Made by a program: the position numbers and the translations under genes
Source: Bipalium vagum
Lineage: Eukaryota
Reading direction: 5' to 3'
Assembly (NCBI GenBank): GCA_037834085.1
Contig: JBBMKC010162369.1
Location: 1-37,107, forward strand
DNA length: 37,107 nt
Notes under the pieces: model-generated
Databases searched by the model: none
What the model saw: only the letters and a program-made list of their open reading frames with translations
What the model was told of the DNA's origin: nothing
Part shown: positions 10,022 to 23,700 of the stretch, one piece after another
Numbering within the stretch: the stretch's first letter is position 1
Layout: each line of letters starts with the position of its first letter

Positions 10022-13000
10022 TTATTTTTGTTATTACTGTTTTTAGACTTTAATTCTTTCCAGGTTAGTTGATCACTGTGCATAATCCATTTTCACCAAT
10101 ATTGAATATAAATAACAAGTCCTATGCTATCGTTTATGCTGGGTTAGGATTAAATCAATAACTCAGTTAATAAGTAGACATAAATAATTCAACAGAGAAA
10201 TTTAAATCTTGTAACTATATTTGTGTTTTTTTAATTTGTCCTCTCCCATTATTCTGTACTGTATGGAATTTCTCTACCAACTTTGTCTTGTATGCAGTTG
10301 TCATCGTTACATCGATTATGCAGGCAATTTTCGCTGTACAGAAATCGATAGTTTATAGAAGGAGAAGAGGAAGACGAGGAAGAAGAAATTGTCGCTCTCA
10401 AAAACAAAAATTGCTTCTTCAAATTTAAGGAATTTTACAATATAATTTCTATTTCGAGAATGAAATTTCGTAAATTAAAGAGATATTTCATAATTTTTTT
10501 ATATCGGTTGCTAACTTAGTGGCTGCTAGTATTGATTATATGTAAAGCTTATTTCTTAATAGTTGGACAAGAGAATAATTAACAACTGCTTGCTTATCTT
10601 CCTTCTTTGGATTATGAAATATATACTGATATTTCGTTGATTTTTTTTCCACCGGAACATTACCCATTTTCAACGTTAAAAATATTAAAATATAATATAA
10701 ATAATAATATAACATAAATGATAAAATATAATATAAATAATTTAATATATTATTTTAACATTTCTCTTGGATATATGAAGGTTATTATTGTTCATAATAA
10801 CTTTCATATTATCATATTATTTTGTGAAACAAAACTTTGTCTTTCGGGAGGTTATATTGAGAGAAATTGTCGATTGTTTGATTTTTTAGGGATTTGAAGA
10901 GTTCAATTTGGAATTGTGCCATTAAAGGGAATAAAACATTAAAAAAAAAACTTTTTGAAGGAAAGGAACGATGATTTTCATTATTTATTGATATTTTTTC
11001 TTAGACAAAACACATGAACAATGTTGAGATGAGTTCCCGAGGGATTTCGATCGAATTTTGTACGTCGCTTTTTCTGTATATAATTGATTTAGGGGTTTCT
11101 TTCATAGTTCTGATCTGCTTTGCGTAACTGGACAATTTGGGTTTTTTAGCTTCTCCTTTTTTATCAATTATACATTTTGTTGAAGTTATTGACCGGAGGG
11201 AAATTGAAATTAATTATTCTAAACTAATTAATTATTTATTATAATTATTAATGGGAATTAATTTACCATTTTTCAAATTCAGGCTCTGTTTCGCCAGAAT
11301 GATAACAAAACCCATTTACATAAATTTTATAATTTCATTCGACATTCAATGGGAATCTAATTAAATTTGTTATTTAATTTCTGTGGAAAATAACGATCCT
11401 TTGTTCGTATTTCAGATGTCCGGACTTAGACAAGGATTTCGATTTTGGTAAAATCGATCTCATCAAATTTCACCCTACTGATAGCAGCAGATTTTTCGTT
11501 CTTTTTAAAAACGGCTTGGTTATGATATGGGAAGCTAAATTTTGTAAAGGTGTTTTGGCAAAAGAAAATTCTGGTGATGCTGTTACTGAAATTAAAGATG
11601 TTGCTAAAACGGAAGATAATAAAGAAGAGGTTAAAAGTGATCCAGAAGTTGTGAAGGAAACTGAAAATGTGGCTGCGGAAATTGATGAAACGAAAACACC
11701 TGACACTCAGGCTGCAACTGAAACTGAAAAAGAAACCGAAGAAAAACCGGCTGAAAGTGCTGAAAATGCTGAAAAGGTTGATGATGACTCTAAAAATTCG
11801 GAAAAGGAAAAAGAATTGGAGGAAATACGAAAGCACGAAGAAGTGCAAAAACAATATGATGCATTCATTGGAACTATTGAATTTATCGATGAAGAATATT
11901 ATGTTCAGAAGCCAACAGTTTTGAATTATATATTGACATATAAGAAAATAAACAGCGCCTGCTGGATCGATAACAAGGTTTCTGTTATTCTGGAAGATTC
12001 TCAACACGTCGATCTTTATGATATTTCTGGCGATGGTTCGAATCTCACTGAACCAGCAGAGAAATCTACCTTGTTTGGTAATTTATTTTTACTTTCTTTT
12101 TGTATCAATTTTATTATTTTTCTTGGTTAATTTTATTATTATCTTTAGAAAGTACTCCATCACCGATTTCAAAATTTACATATTTTGATTTAAAAAGGTA
12201 CATTATTATCATTTTAAAAATTTATTATTATGATGATTATTATTATTATTATTATTGTTATTATTATTTAAAATTTTATTTACATTACAAAAAGCATTTC
12301 TTTTATCTAATTGTATTATTTTTATTAATTTATTAATATTTCCTTTCAATAAAAATTAAATTTTCAATTTTAATGTCCTTTCTTTTATTGTCAAAGTTTA
12401 TGAAACATATATTTGACATTATCTTGTTTATTTTTATTATTTTCTATAAAATTCCGGTATGGAAAAAGTGTAACTGTGTGACATTTTTCGATAATATTAT
12501 AAAATTATTTATTAATTTAACATTTCTGTTTAGATACTGAAGTGATTTTTGTTAAATAATTATAATATTATTTATTAAATAATTGATTTTCAATAATCTT
12601 TTCCTTATTTTATCATATTTATAAATAATTATATAATTAAAAGTAATATTAACATGAAAAATGTGTTGGGAGCTTTAGGTTTTTTTTAATTTTAAAACAT
12701 TAATGGTTCAATACGAAATTGAATGTCAACTGTTGCCCAGGGTCTAAAATAAATCGATATTCCAATCAATTTTTGGATTGCATTGGCACAGTTGTCACAG
12801 ACAGAAAGTGATTGTTTTCGTTTTTGTAAATACTTATGTCCAAGATTATTCTGTCCTGGAGTTTTTTTTAATGAAATACAGACATTTATGCAGTCGTCTT
12901 TTTTAATGTTATTTCTTATTTTCCCATGAACAGTCATGCATTACAGATATATCTCTTAGGTTCCAATCAGCTCGTATTTTAGTTAAAGTATGCGTTCTGT

Positions 13001-16000
13001 GGGATATTTCTGTTATTGGCTTTTCTTATTATTATTTTAGCTTAAAATCCATTTCTCACGAAAGCCTGTGCGAACTGATTGCTTTAGTTAGGTCCTGGTT
13101 GATCGTGTCAATTGTGACGGGATTAACATAAGACGTAATCGTGCTATTTTTAGTATCATTAGTCACCAGGAAGTGAGGCATTCGTCATTGTTTAGACCTG
13201 GTCTTGTTTCACAGTGGTTATATTTATAACATAACATTAATGTTTGATTATACGGCTGAAATTATTTTGTTAACCATATTTTTAATGGTTCAGTTGAAAG
13301 TGAGCCTCAGGGGCCTGGTTAGCCTTTGGCAATTGTTATATTGAATTGATTATTCTCTGAATGTTTTACAATAGAATTATTACTACTATATTATTCGTAA
13401 ATTATTACTCTAGGATAACTTGTAAAAAAGTTTGAAGATTCTTTTTATAACATAGACTTGATTTTTTTCAATTTAATATGATAATCAAAAAACCAGGATT
13501 GTTACATTTTTTTATCTTCATCTTTTAGTAACAATTTTAAATTTATTGTCTTTATTTAGACTAATGAGAATTAAAGTTTATTATTTCAATTTTGGTTTTT
13601 CTTTAATTATTAAAACAAAACTTTAATTAATCTCAATACCGATTTTTATTATTAAAATAATTAATCAGATTTCCTGAGCTTGTCAAAGATTATGTTTTCG
13701 AAATTCCGGTAGTGATTATATATTTTTATGATGGTTCAATTCTAAAATTACAATTTTGAATTTTTCTTATTTCAACCCAAATATTCTTGTTAAACAAGAC
13801 GTTTTATGAATTACTTATGATTGTAATCACAATTGTGAATTTATTATTTATAACTTCTTCATTGTTTAACTATTGTGAAATCATATAAGTGAACTTATTT
13901 TTATATAATTTCACAGCGAACGTCATGCAGCATTTATTACCCATGAAAATGGTAAACAAAATCTGTTAAGTCTGATAAAAGATGATAAAATTTACGCTGA
14001 ATTCGAGACTCCCACAGATATTATTGATTATGTAATAGCAAAGTGTCCAATCTCGGGTAATGACATTTGTGAGAGTTTTCCAACAAAAAATTTATTCATG
14101 AATTATTCCATAGATGATGATGGCACTGCCGACTTAGAGTCTCGTGTCTTATTAATTTTCTGTGAATCTCAAATGATTGCCATAGACCTGGCTTCTGATG
14201 AATTGAAAGAGCTACAGGTTCCGTTTCTGCACTTACAGAATACTTGTCCAATCACAGCTTTGACAAGTGTCATTCAAGTAAGATCACCATGCATGAATTA
14301 TGAATTATTTTTTATTACCATATAAAATGATTATTTTATTTTATGATTTCTGAAGCCTTTGGAAACAAAAATTGATTTCGAGATAAATTATAATTTATGA
14401 GATTTACATCAGATTTATTGATTTCTTCATAATCTGTCGTGATTTAGTAAAATCCCTAATTTTTAGTAATAATTGAAATAATTATTATTTTAATTAATTA
14501 TAAAATATATTATATTATTAACATAATTACCAATCTTCAAATTAACTATATTTTTTGAAATATAATTGAAAAATTTTGTTTTTTGTTCTCTTATTGTAAT
14601 AATGAAAAATAAATATTTACTTTTAGGTTATTATGATTATTAATTGGATATTGAAATAATATTTTTATATGTTGAAATAGTGTAACTCAGTTTTAAATAT
14701 AATAATAATATTTTAAAATAAAATTATTTTAATATTTAAATAAAATGTTTTAAATTCTATTTAGGTTATTATTGATACTTTCATTGAAATAGGTTTTTGT
14801 TTATTTTATTTTTGCAAGATTCCATTAAAATCGTATTTATATAAATTTCAAATCTGTAATACTTAAAATATTAAGAATTTAATAACACTATTAATAATAA
14901 CAATAATAATATTAATATTAGTAATAAATTCGATAAAGGAAAAAATGCTAAAATAAAAAAGCTTTTATAAATAAAGATAATTATAAATAAAAATGATCCG
15001 TATAATTTAATGTTAATTAAATTAATGTTAATTAATTTAATTTTAAATATTACACACGAATTAATAAAAAATTAAAGATTTATAGAATTTTTTTTTCTCG
15101 TTAAAAATAAGAAATTCATTTTTGAAGTGCAGTAAACTATTTTTTATTGAAATATAAAATCAATATTTTACAAAATTTTTTTTTACAATAATTACATAAT
15201 TTTTGTTTTTCAAAAGTTTAAATAAATGCTCATAGAAATTAATTGTTATTTGATAAATTAAAATTGAAATTAAATTATTTTTAAAATAAAAAATGATCAT
15301 TTTTGTCAAAAAATTAATTAAAATATTTTATAAAAAAAGGTTTATATTAATTAATTACATTTACCAGGTCCTAAAGTTCAGTTATACTGAAAAATATAAT
15401 TGTAACTAACATTTTCTAAATATGTTGTCATTTATTTTAAGTTGAACAGGATTATAAACAGAAAATTATTTTCAATCAAAATTTTTAAAGTTCAACTTTT
15501 ATGATTAATTTCAAACCGGAAAAATCTTAGAATTATAAAAAATTGGAAAACATAAAGTTTATCCAATAAATAAATTATTTTTAAATTAATTATTTTTTAA
15601 TTTAAATTAATTTTTCAATTATTATCAACGTCTAAAATCTTCAAATTAAATTTTGATAAATATTAATCAATTATTTATTGTTGTTATTTTTTTTATTAAA
15701 GGGAATTCTGATGTTTGTTTCTTTCATGACAATTGATTTTAATTTTTTTTCAACTTCAAACAACTTTTGTGCTTCTTTAAATGTAAAAAATGTTATTGAA
15801 AACCTTCAATAAATTATCAACAGGATTCCTGGATTCTGAGTACTGCATATATGATTTTTGGTTCTTTGACAAATCTCTTTCATCAGCCTTAATCAGAATC
15901 GATATTTATTCTTTGATGCGATATTGTCAGTTTCCTTCTCATGAAAAATATTTTTACATATCAAATGCAAATGATATACTGTATCTGTACATGGAGAACT

Positions 16001-19000
16001 GGGGAATTTGTTTTCGTTATTTATTTTTGCAAAGTTCAAAAAGTCACGTTGATAATTTTGAATGGTATAATTTTATTAAAAGAAAAATATAATCATTCAT
16101 CATATATCAAGTCTTAATTATGAAATTGTACTGAACTTGAAATGAATCTGAAAGCGCGATTTCTTGCCTCACATGAACCATTTTGTTACCACTTTGCATC
16201 CAATATATACACCATCTTTTTTCTCTCGATAATAAAATGTCATATTTGATATTTTTAGTGTATCATTAATTTTTAATGTTCTTCATTAATATTATTATTA
16301 TTATTACAATAAAGTGGGAAAAATATATAATCACCCCTTTACTAAATGAAGTATATTTCTTTTATTTCAAATATGTAATAACAGCCATAAAACACTTATT
16401 TTTCGCGTATTGAATATATGTGACTATGGAGATTTTGTTTTGATTGAAAAACAAGTATTTACGTTTTTATTTTTCCTTTCAAGGACAGTCATTATCATTT
16501 AAAACAAATATTTGACATTTAAAATTATTGAAATATCTTTTTTTTGTACATCCTCCTACTACAGAATCACAGAGATATCATGCATTTCTCTGTAAATTTT
16601 TTGAATTTCCAAACAGTAAAAATTTGTTTTCCCAAAATAAATTTCCGATTTTATTGCTGCATCTTAATTATTTTGAGTGATTTTGGTGTGAAAATAGTTA
16701 GGAAAAAAATGTTGGCAATATTAATTTTGAAAAAAAATTACCGGTTTTTTTATAATAAAATATACATAATAATTTAAGGATTAAACACGTATCTGACGAA
16801 TTTTATTAATTTTTCAGATAAATATTGAAAAGACCTAAAATATACGCAGTGCAGGAAATTATAACATTTAAATAGCAATGTTTGGATTTTTTAACTTTTT
16901 AAAGACTTAGTAAAAAATTAAAAATATATTTACTTAGTAACATCGAAACACTTTTACATGTATATAAGACAAACTTGCTGCTGCATTAATATTATTTCGG
17001 GTACGAAAGTAGCCCGTACAATATTCAGCCTTTATTTTAAGAATTCCATGGAGTACAAAATCATGCCATGAGCCATCAATTTTCTTCTTAAAAGTTTTCG
17101 TATCTATTGATTGAATTGACACGCAAAACGATGAGCTCTAATTAGTTTATGTTCGAGATTCTCCTATTGGTAACACATCTGTCTTCGATAATTTATTATA
17201 TTCATCAATTATTCTTCAGACAGTCGAATATTTTACATTCAGTAATCTTACAACATCTTTAGGATCGTATGATTGGCGTGTATACCTGTCATAAAACCAA
17301 GGAAAAAATTGTTTTGCCAATTAATTTTTTAGCAAACTATATTTTATTTAAATTTAAAAAGATTTTGCTTAATATATATTTTTAATACAATATAATATAT
17401 TTATTAAATACAAGATACATAGATATGCATATGAATCTCGATTTGAAAATTGACATCATTCGATGTTATTATACAAATTCAAATTCACCTTCAACAGCAA
17501 TTAGGCAAATCAAGAGAGAAAGAAATGTAATCAAAACCCATGCACCGGTTTGTCAGTAATCAAACTTATTCGGAAATTGAGACAACTGTCAGTGTACTCA
17601 ATGTACCTCCTGGGAGGCTTTCTTAGGTCAGTAGACGTAAAACTGTTATTAAAGATACTTTGGATTGATACCGATGATAAAAAATCCATTCGAAGATTAT
17701 CCATGGAAACTAATGTTTCACCAACCTCGATTAAAAGAGTTTTGGAAGATGAGAAGTTGAAGCCTTAAAAAAAACTGCTTCATGAGTTAAAGGTTTTTGC
17801 ATTTTCAGGATATTCTGTCTAATATTTTCTGGAAAAACATCTTTCATGACAAAACCACTTCACCCGGAAAAAGCTATGTCTGAATAGGATTTAATTCCAA
17901 ATTCGTTATGAAACAATTTTTCTTCCACGAAACAATATATAAGAATAATTACCTTGACATGTTGAAAAATGTAGTTCGAACTGAGCTTATAAAAAGAAAA
18001 TTAATAAAATCAACGTGCTTCATTTAGGATGTAACATCTCCACATTATGCCAATGATGTCTGAAAATCTTTAAATGAAACATTTAGTCCACATAAGATTC
18101 AATCCAGGAAATATTCCATAAATTGGCTTTCTTGTTGATTATTAGTTTTGGGTTTTTTGAAGGCAAGGGTTTTCCATTACAATTACTTTACTTTCAAAGA
18201 GCTACATACTGCAATATTTTACTTCCCACGAAGAATTGATTTGATGTTATCTACTGAAGGAGAGCATTTTGAGAACATGTTATAGGAAAATAGTGTATTC
18301 AACTTATTAAATACATTATTTGTCATTAATAATATAAATAATTTATCTATTTTATTCATTTTTTACTTTTTTCCTTGTTTTTGGAAAATCCTGTATATAT
18401 GTACCTACAATATATATATATATATATTAGTCAGAAATTTTTCATTAATTCACTTTTTGTTTGAAAAAATATATAAACATATTTTTTTTAGATTTTTTCG
18501 AATATAATTTTTTATATTTTTAGGAATTTGTGAATTTATACTTTTTATTTATGGATACAGTTATTAAAAATAATTATTATAAATCATCCCTTCGGAATTA
18601 AATCTGACATTATAAATTATTTTTAAATATTTTCTTATTAATAATCTGATTCTTTATACATTCCTCTTTCTATTCTTCGATAATGTTGAAGATATAAAAT
18701 ATTTTTCGTGCTTGAACTTGTATATTTGGGAAAAAATGTTAACTGCAAAAAATTTTATCACTTAAATTTCGTCGTTGTGAAATAATTGTATAAAAATTTC
18801 TTTTTTATAAACAAAATATTTAATATTCATTTCATTACATAGTCTAACACTTAATAAATTGATTTTGAAGTAATATCCTGATTGATTTGAAAATATCATT
18901 AGGAAAATATTTTAACAAATTCGAAAAAAATAATTAATAAATAATCTCAAAACATTCGTTTAATTAAATTTAAGAATTTACATAATTTTTATTTTTAAAA

Positions 19001-20739
19001 TATTTTCAATACGGATGTCATTTAAATAAATATTCAACGGAAATATATGGTTATTATTATTAATATTCTATTTAAATAAATAAATAATATTATTAATGGA
19101 CACTTTATTAATAAATAGATCAATGGTACGTATAAATCTATTTGTAAATAGATTCCACTATTTTTAATCTTAAATCTGTTCCGAATTAATTATAATAAAA
19201 TTTATTATTTATAATTTATTATAATAAAATTATTATTTATTATTTTTAAAATTAATGTAACATTTATCATAAATCTTTTTAAAAAGATAATAAAATTAAA
19301 TAATTATAATCGAACAATTTTTCAATTACATAATTACATAAATTTTCACAGCTTTAGTAAAATTTTAGTTACTTTTTATTTATAAATAGAATTTATTTAT
19401 TATTTTTTTCCAATTTGAAAATTGATAACGATTTTTGACGCCAGATTTTATTTTTTCCTCAAATATTTTAATTTTAATTTTTTATTTACAAAACATTTTT
19501 TTTTATTTTATGAATAAAATTTGTATTGAATAATTTCACTTAATAATTGATGAATAAATTAAATTGGGAAATAATTTCTATAATAGATAAAAATTAAGCG
19601 TTAATTTGATCTTGTTCAAGAACTGCAAAATAAAATTTGATATTGAAAATTTTCCCGTTTTGATTCCAGTTTGAATAAATTTTATTGAGAACTGAAGAGA
19701 AAGACTCGGCCAGCAAAATCAACCCCCGAGTTCAACGTTTCCCATTGAAAATATTAGAAAGCTGAAAATTATTTTACACATTTTACCCGGTTTAATTCTG
19801 AAAGGTTTTGATTATATTTTTCTTTTCTGTAATTTGAGCTATGAATTTTTCTTATTAATTTTCTAACATTTTAAGATTTAAATTCATTTTATTCATTAAT
19901 CGTTTAGTCGTTTTTTGTTTTAATTTCTATTCTTCAATAAAAAAATTTTTCATTGGTACAATAAATCATTCGAATTGATTTTTTAATTTAATATATTTAA
20001 TAATATTGAACATTAATATATATTTGTACATATCTTAAGGAAAGATTATTTTCATATGATTTTTAATTAGTTAATTGTTATAGAAATATTTTTACTTTAA
20101 TTAAAAGAATTAAATTATTTTCACAGAGAATTGTTATACTTATTGAATAAAATATTAAAATTTATTTATTTTACTGATAATAATAATATTTCGTTAAATT
20201 GAAATTGATTATTTTTTTTATGAATGTAAAATTTAGTTAACCTGTCTTTAGGTTTAAAGTAGTTCATATCCTATTCATAGCATGATATTACAAATAATAA
20301 CATTTATTATCAAAGGTCACGAAACATGTATCGTAGTATTAAATAAAGAAATTATGGTTGCTAAAATAGGCAATTTGAAGACAGGTGTAACGGATTTAGT
20401 CTTGCCATATAAAATAATTACTCCAGCGTTTTGGGGCAATTTTAACTTTGGCTTTTACCAGGTTCCGGCAACTTTGTTTTCCAACTGTCAAACATTGTCA
20501 GAAATCTTCAAAGATTGGCCGATCAAAACCCCTTTATTAGCAAATGATAAAATTGAAGAAGATACCCTAATGGATATCATTGCAACTGGTCATGCAAATG
20601 GTTCGATTTGTATTTGGCAAGTGATGCAATCGGGAATATTATACTTGTTGGCCAAAACTGAGGGTTCTGATATTTTTAAACAAACAGCAGAGTCGGTATG
20701 GATTTTATTTTAAGAATATTTTTTTTCTCTTATAGAAAA

Positions 20740-20775
<36 letters not shown>

Positions 20776-23700
20776 AAGATTTTTAAAGTTTCTTATTATT
20801 CATACATGAATAAAAATTTCCTTAAAATTATTAATCAATTTTATGAAGTCGAAATCAATTTAAAACTAATTTGAAAATGTTAATTTTGATCTTTTTATAT
20901 TATAATCATTACTAATATAATAATAATAATTTATTTAATTAAAATGATAATTTCAACGGTGTGTCGGAAATTTTTATCATGATCATTTTTTGTATTTAAA
21001 TGTCTGATAGAAAATTAAGGCTTTATTTAGAAATAAATTTAAAATAATAATTAAATAATTTTCATCACAACTCTCTCTCGTAGCGGAATTATAGACCAAA
21101 AATGCTTCCTAGACTCATTCGTGTATGTCTTCGGTAAATTTAAAAGATCAAGTAAAAAATTTAATTATTGCTATTGTATGAAAGACTGATTTCGAGAATT
21201 GATATTTTATTTTGATAGTTGTAAAAAGTAAATACATTTTTGATCGTAATCGTTTCTTGGACTCCACATCTTCGCGTAAATAAACCAATGCTTTCGTATT
21301 TCAAGAAGAAATACTCTCTGCAAACCGTAATATCGAAAATGGAATTAAAACTTATTCTTTCTACCTATGAAACGCTGTCATCGAATAAATATACTTTATG
21401 AAGAAAAAATGAGATGTTTTTCTTTGACCTTTTTTTCTTTTGGCAAGTTGTTTTTTTACGTTTATGAAAGACTTTTCTCTCGGAAAATTCTAAGTTTGAC
21501 AGGTTATTTCAAAGACTTTATAATCAAATTTCTTTCTGTCAACATTTTTGAATCCTTTTTTCTCTTAAGGTTATTTGGACGTATTATTTAGCTACATGGT
21601 TTTATTTTATTTTTAAAAATGTTATCTTCAGTTTTTCAAACTGTAAAATAATTTTTTATCATTTTTCACATAAAATATTTAAATTTTATTAATAGATAAA
21701 ATCAATTACAAAATATTATTAATTATTATTATTAGTAGTAGTAGTAGTAGTAATATGGTTAAATAACGGTTTAGGGTCACTTTGTTTGTTTCATAGTTAT
21801 TTATGTCTTTATTTTATAATTAAGTAGAAAATAAAAAGATGTAATATCATAAAGTATGATATTAAATATTACCGAATATGATGATTTTATTTTTAAATAA
21901 CCAATAACTAAAGTATGTATGCTTAATTACAAAAGATTTATTATTATTAAATATTATATTCTTTAAAATTATGATTTAAATAATTAGTTTAAACAACACG
22001 AGCTCTAACCGTTAGAGGTCCATTATTATTAGTTTTATTTTTATTGTTATTATTACTTTATTTTATTTTTTTATTTTTATTATTTCAATTTAAAATTTTA
22101 TGATATGGATGATTTGTATTTGTATTATTTATGATTATCAAACGTGGCTTGAAATTTTTTATCTTAAAAATAAACGATCCAATGTTTTATATTTCCAATA
22201 GTCTGATGATCATTCTGATCAACCGTCTCATCGAAAAAAAGTTGGAAATCGCTTAATAGAAGTGGAAGAAAGCTTGATTCAGATAACTAATATACAATTA
22301 TTGTTACATTGTACCAACAATTTTGACGATACCTCTTCAAATGAATTGTTCTGTCTTGCCGGCACAAGTAGTGGAACAGTTCTAGTTTTCAAATTTGATA
22401 CGTCGGATAGCAAACAAGATATCACAGAAATTTCGGCTGATTTAGATAGTGAAGGAATTAATTGGATTGATTCTGCAGAGATACCCGAAGTAGGGCAAAG
22501 TATAAAATCTTGCTTTTAACTGATTTTGACTTCAGATGTTGGACAAATCTGATATCAGTGAAAAGTCGCCTAAGTTGAAGTATATTGTTAGACTTAATCC
22601 ATCGTTACCAATTACATCCATTTCGTTTCAACCAACATGGGACCTTTTGGCTATTGGAACCTCGTGTGGATTTGTGTTGGCAGATTTTAGACAGAACAAG
22701 TGCATATTTTCTCACCTCACGATAAATCGACCTGGCAAAAATAACGGTAGAATATGATTTTAATTGAATATTTCTTTTATTGTTACTTTTAAAATATCTG
22801 TTTTAAACATTTTACAATTTTTCACCCATAATCAATAAATATCGATTTTCATGAGTACCTTTGTCGACATTTCGAAGTCAAAATCTGAACTTAAATATCA
22901 TATAATAAAAGTACATAAAATCTAGACTTAAAATTATGCAAAGTCGAACAATCTTCAATGTCGAGGTTAATCCAGAAAAAATCGTTACAATTCCAAATCT
23001 GTCACTATTTAACATGTTGAAGGATTCTTGACGAAATTATAAAAAACAATTCAAAATTTATATCTGCTAAGAAATTTGTGTTATACATTATAATTTACGA
23101 CATTATTGCAAAATGATTTCAATATTAAAATTCAGTGATTATAATAAAAATAATGTATTTATATTTTTTATAGGTTTTATATTAAAAATAAAATTGAGTA
23201 ACATTTTCCAATATTAATTACACATTTTACATATTATTTATCACAATCTCCTTGTAATTTCTGATTTGATTTCTTTTAAACTTAAGTGTTCACTATTATT
23301 GTAAATTTAGGACCATTTTATTATTTTTAATTTCGAAACTATTATCGTGGTGCATTAATTGTGGTCTAAAATTAAAATAAGCAATGATGTTAGTTATATT
23401 TGAAATAAAGTCGAAATAATAGTTTATTTTTAAAATCTGAATGACTAATGTAAGTTTATATAGGTTAGAAGGCGTAATAGATGAATAGGTCGAAATTACA
23501 TTTCAGACATGTACCACTGTTCTTATTCGATATGTAGAAATCAATAGCGGAAACACAAAAAATGCTTGAAGAAACATACTAAGAGAGGCTCCATCGTTGT
23601 CAAACTGCAAATTCTAGTTTACCAGATTTTAATCAGGTAACTTAGATTTGAATGATAAAGAAAAACAAGGTTAACCAAAATAAATTTGAAGATAGTGAAT

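Noticed and set aside
9841-10083. Poly-Ile ORF; also the poly-Leu and poly-Asn ORFs at 30578-30907 and 30631-30831
   Set aside because: Artifacts of (ATT)n microsatellites in introns.
11426-12007. 193-aa Phe-rich minus-strand ORF
   Set aside because: Antisense shadow of the Glu/Lys-rich LGL exon 11416-12077.
19688-19735. CTGAAGA-GAAA followed by a 6-bp stem (ACTCGG/CCGAGT), resembling a hammerhead ribozyme
   Set aside because: No room for stem II between CUGANGA and GAAA, and the cleavage-site U16.1/H17 geometry and stem I do not fit.
20282-20461. Upstream extension of ORF 20282..20713 as coding sequence
   Set aside because: LGL similarity begins at the TTTTACCAG acceptor (20461). The upstream part is most likely open intron sequence.
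22003-22017. Palindrome CTCTAAC-C-GTTAGAG
   Set aside because: An isolated 7-bp inverted repeat with no supporting context, expected by chance.
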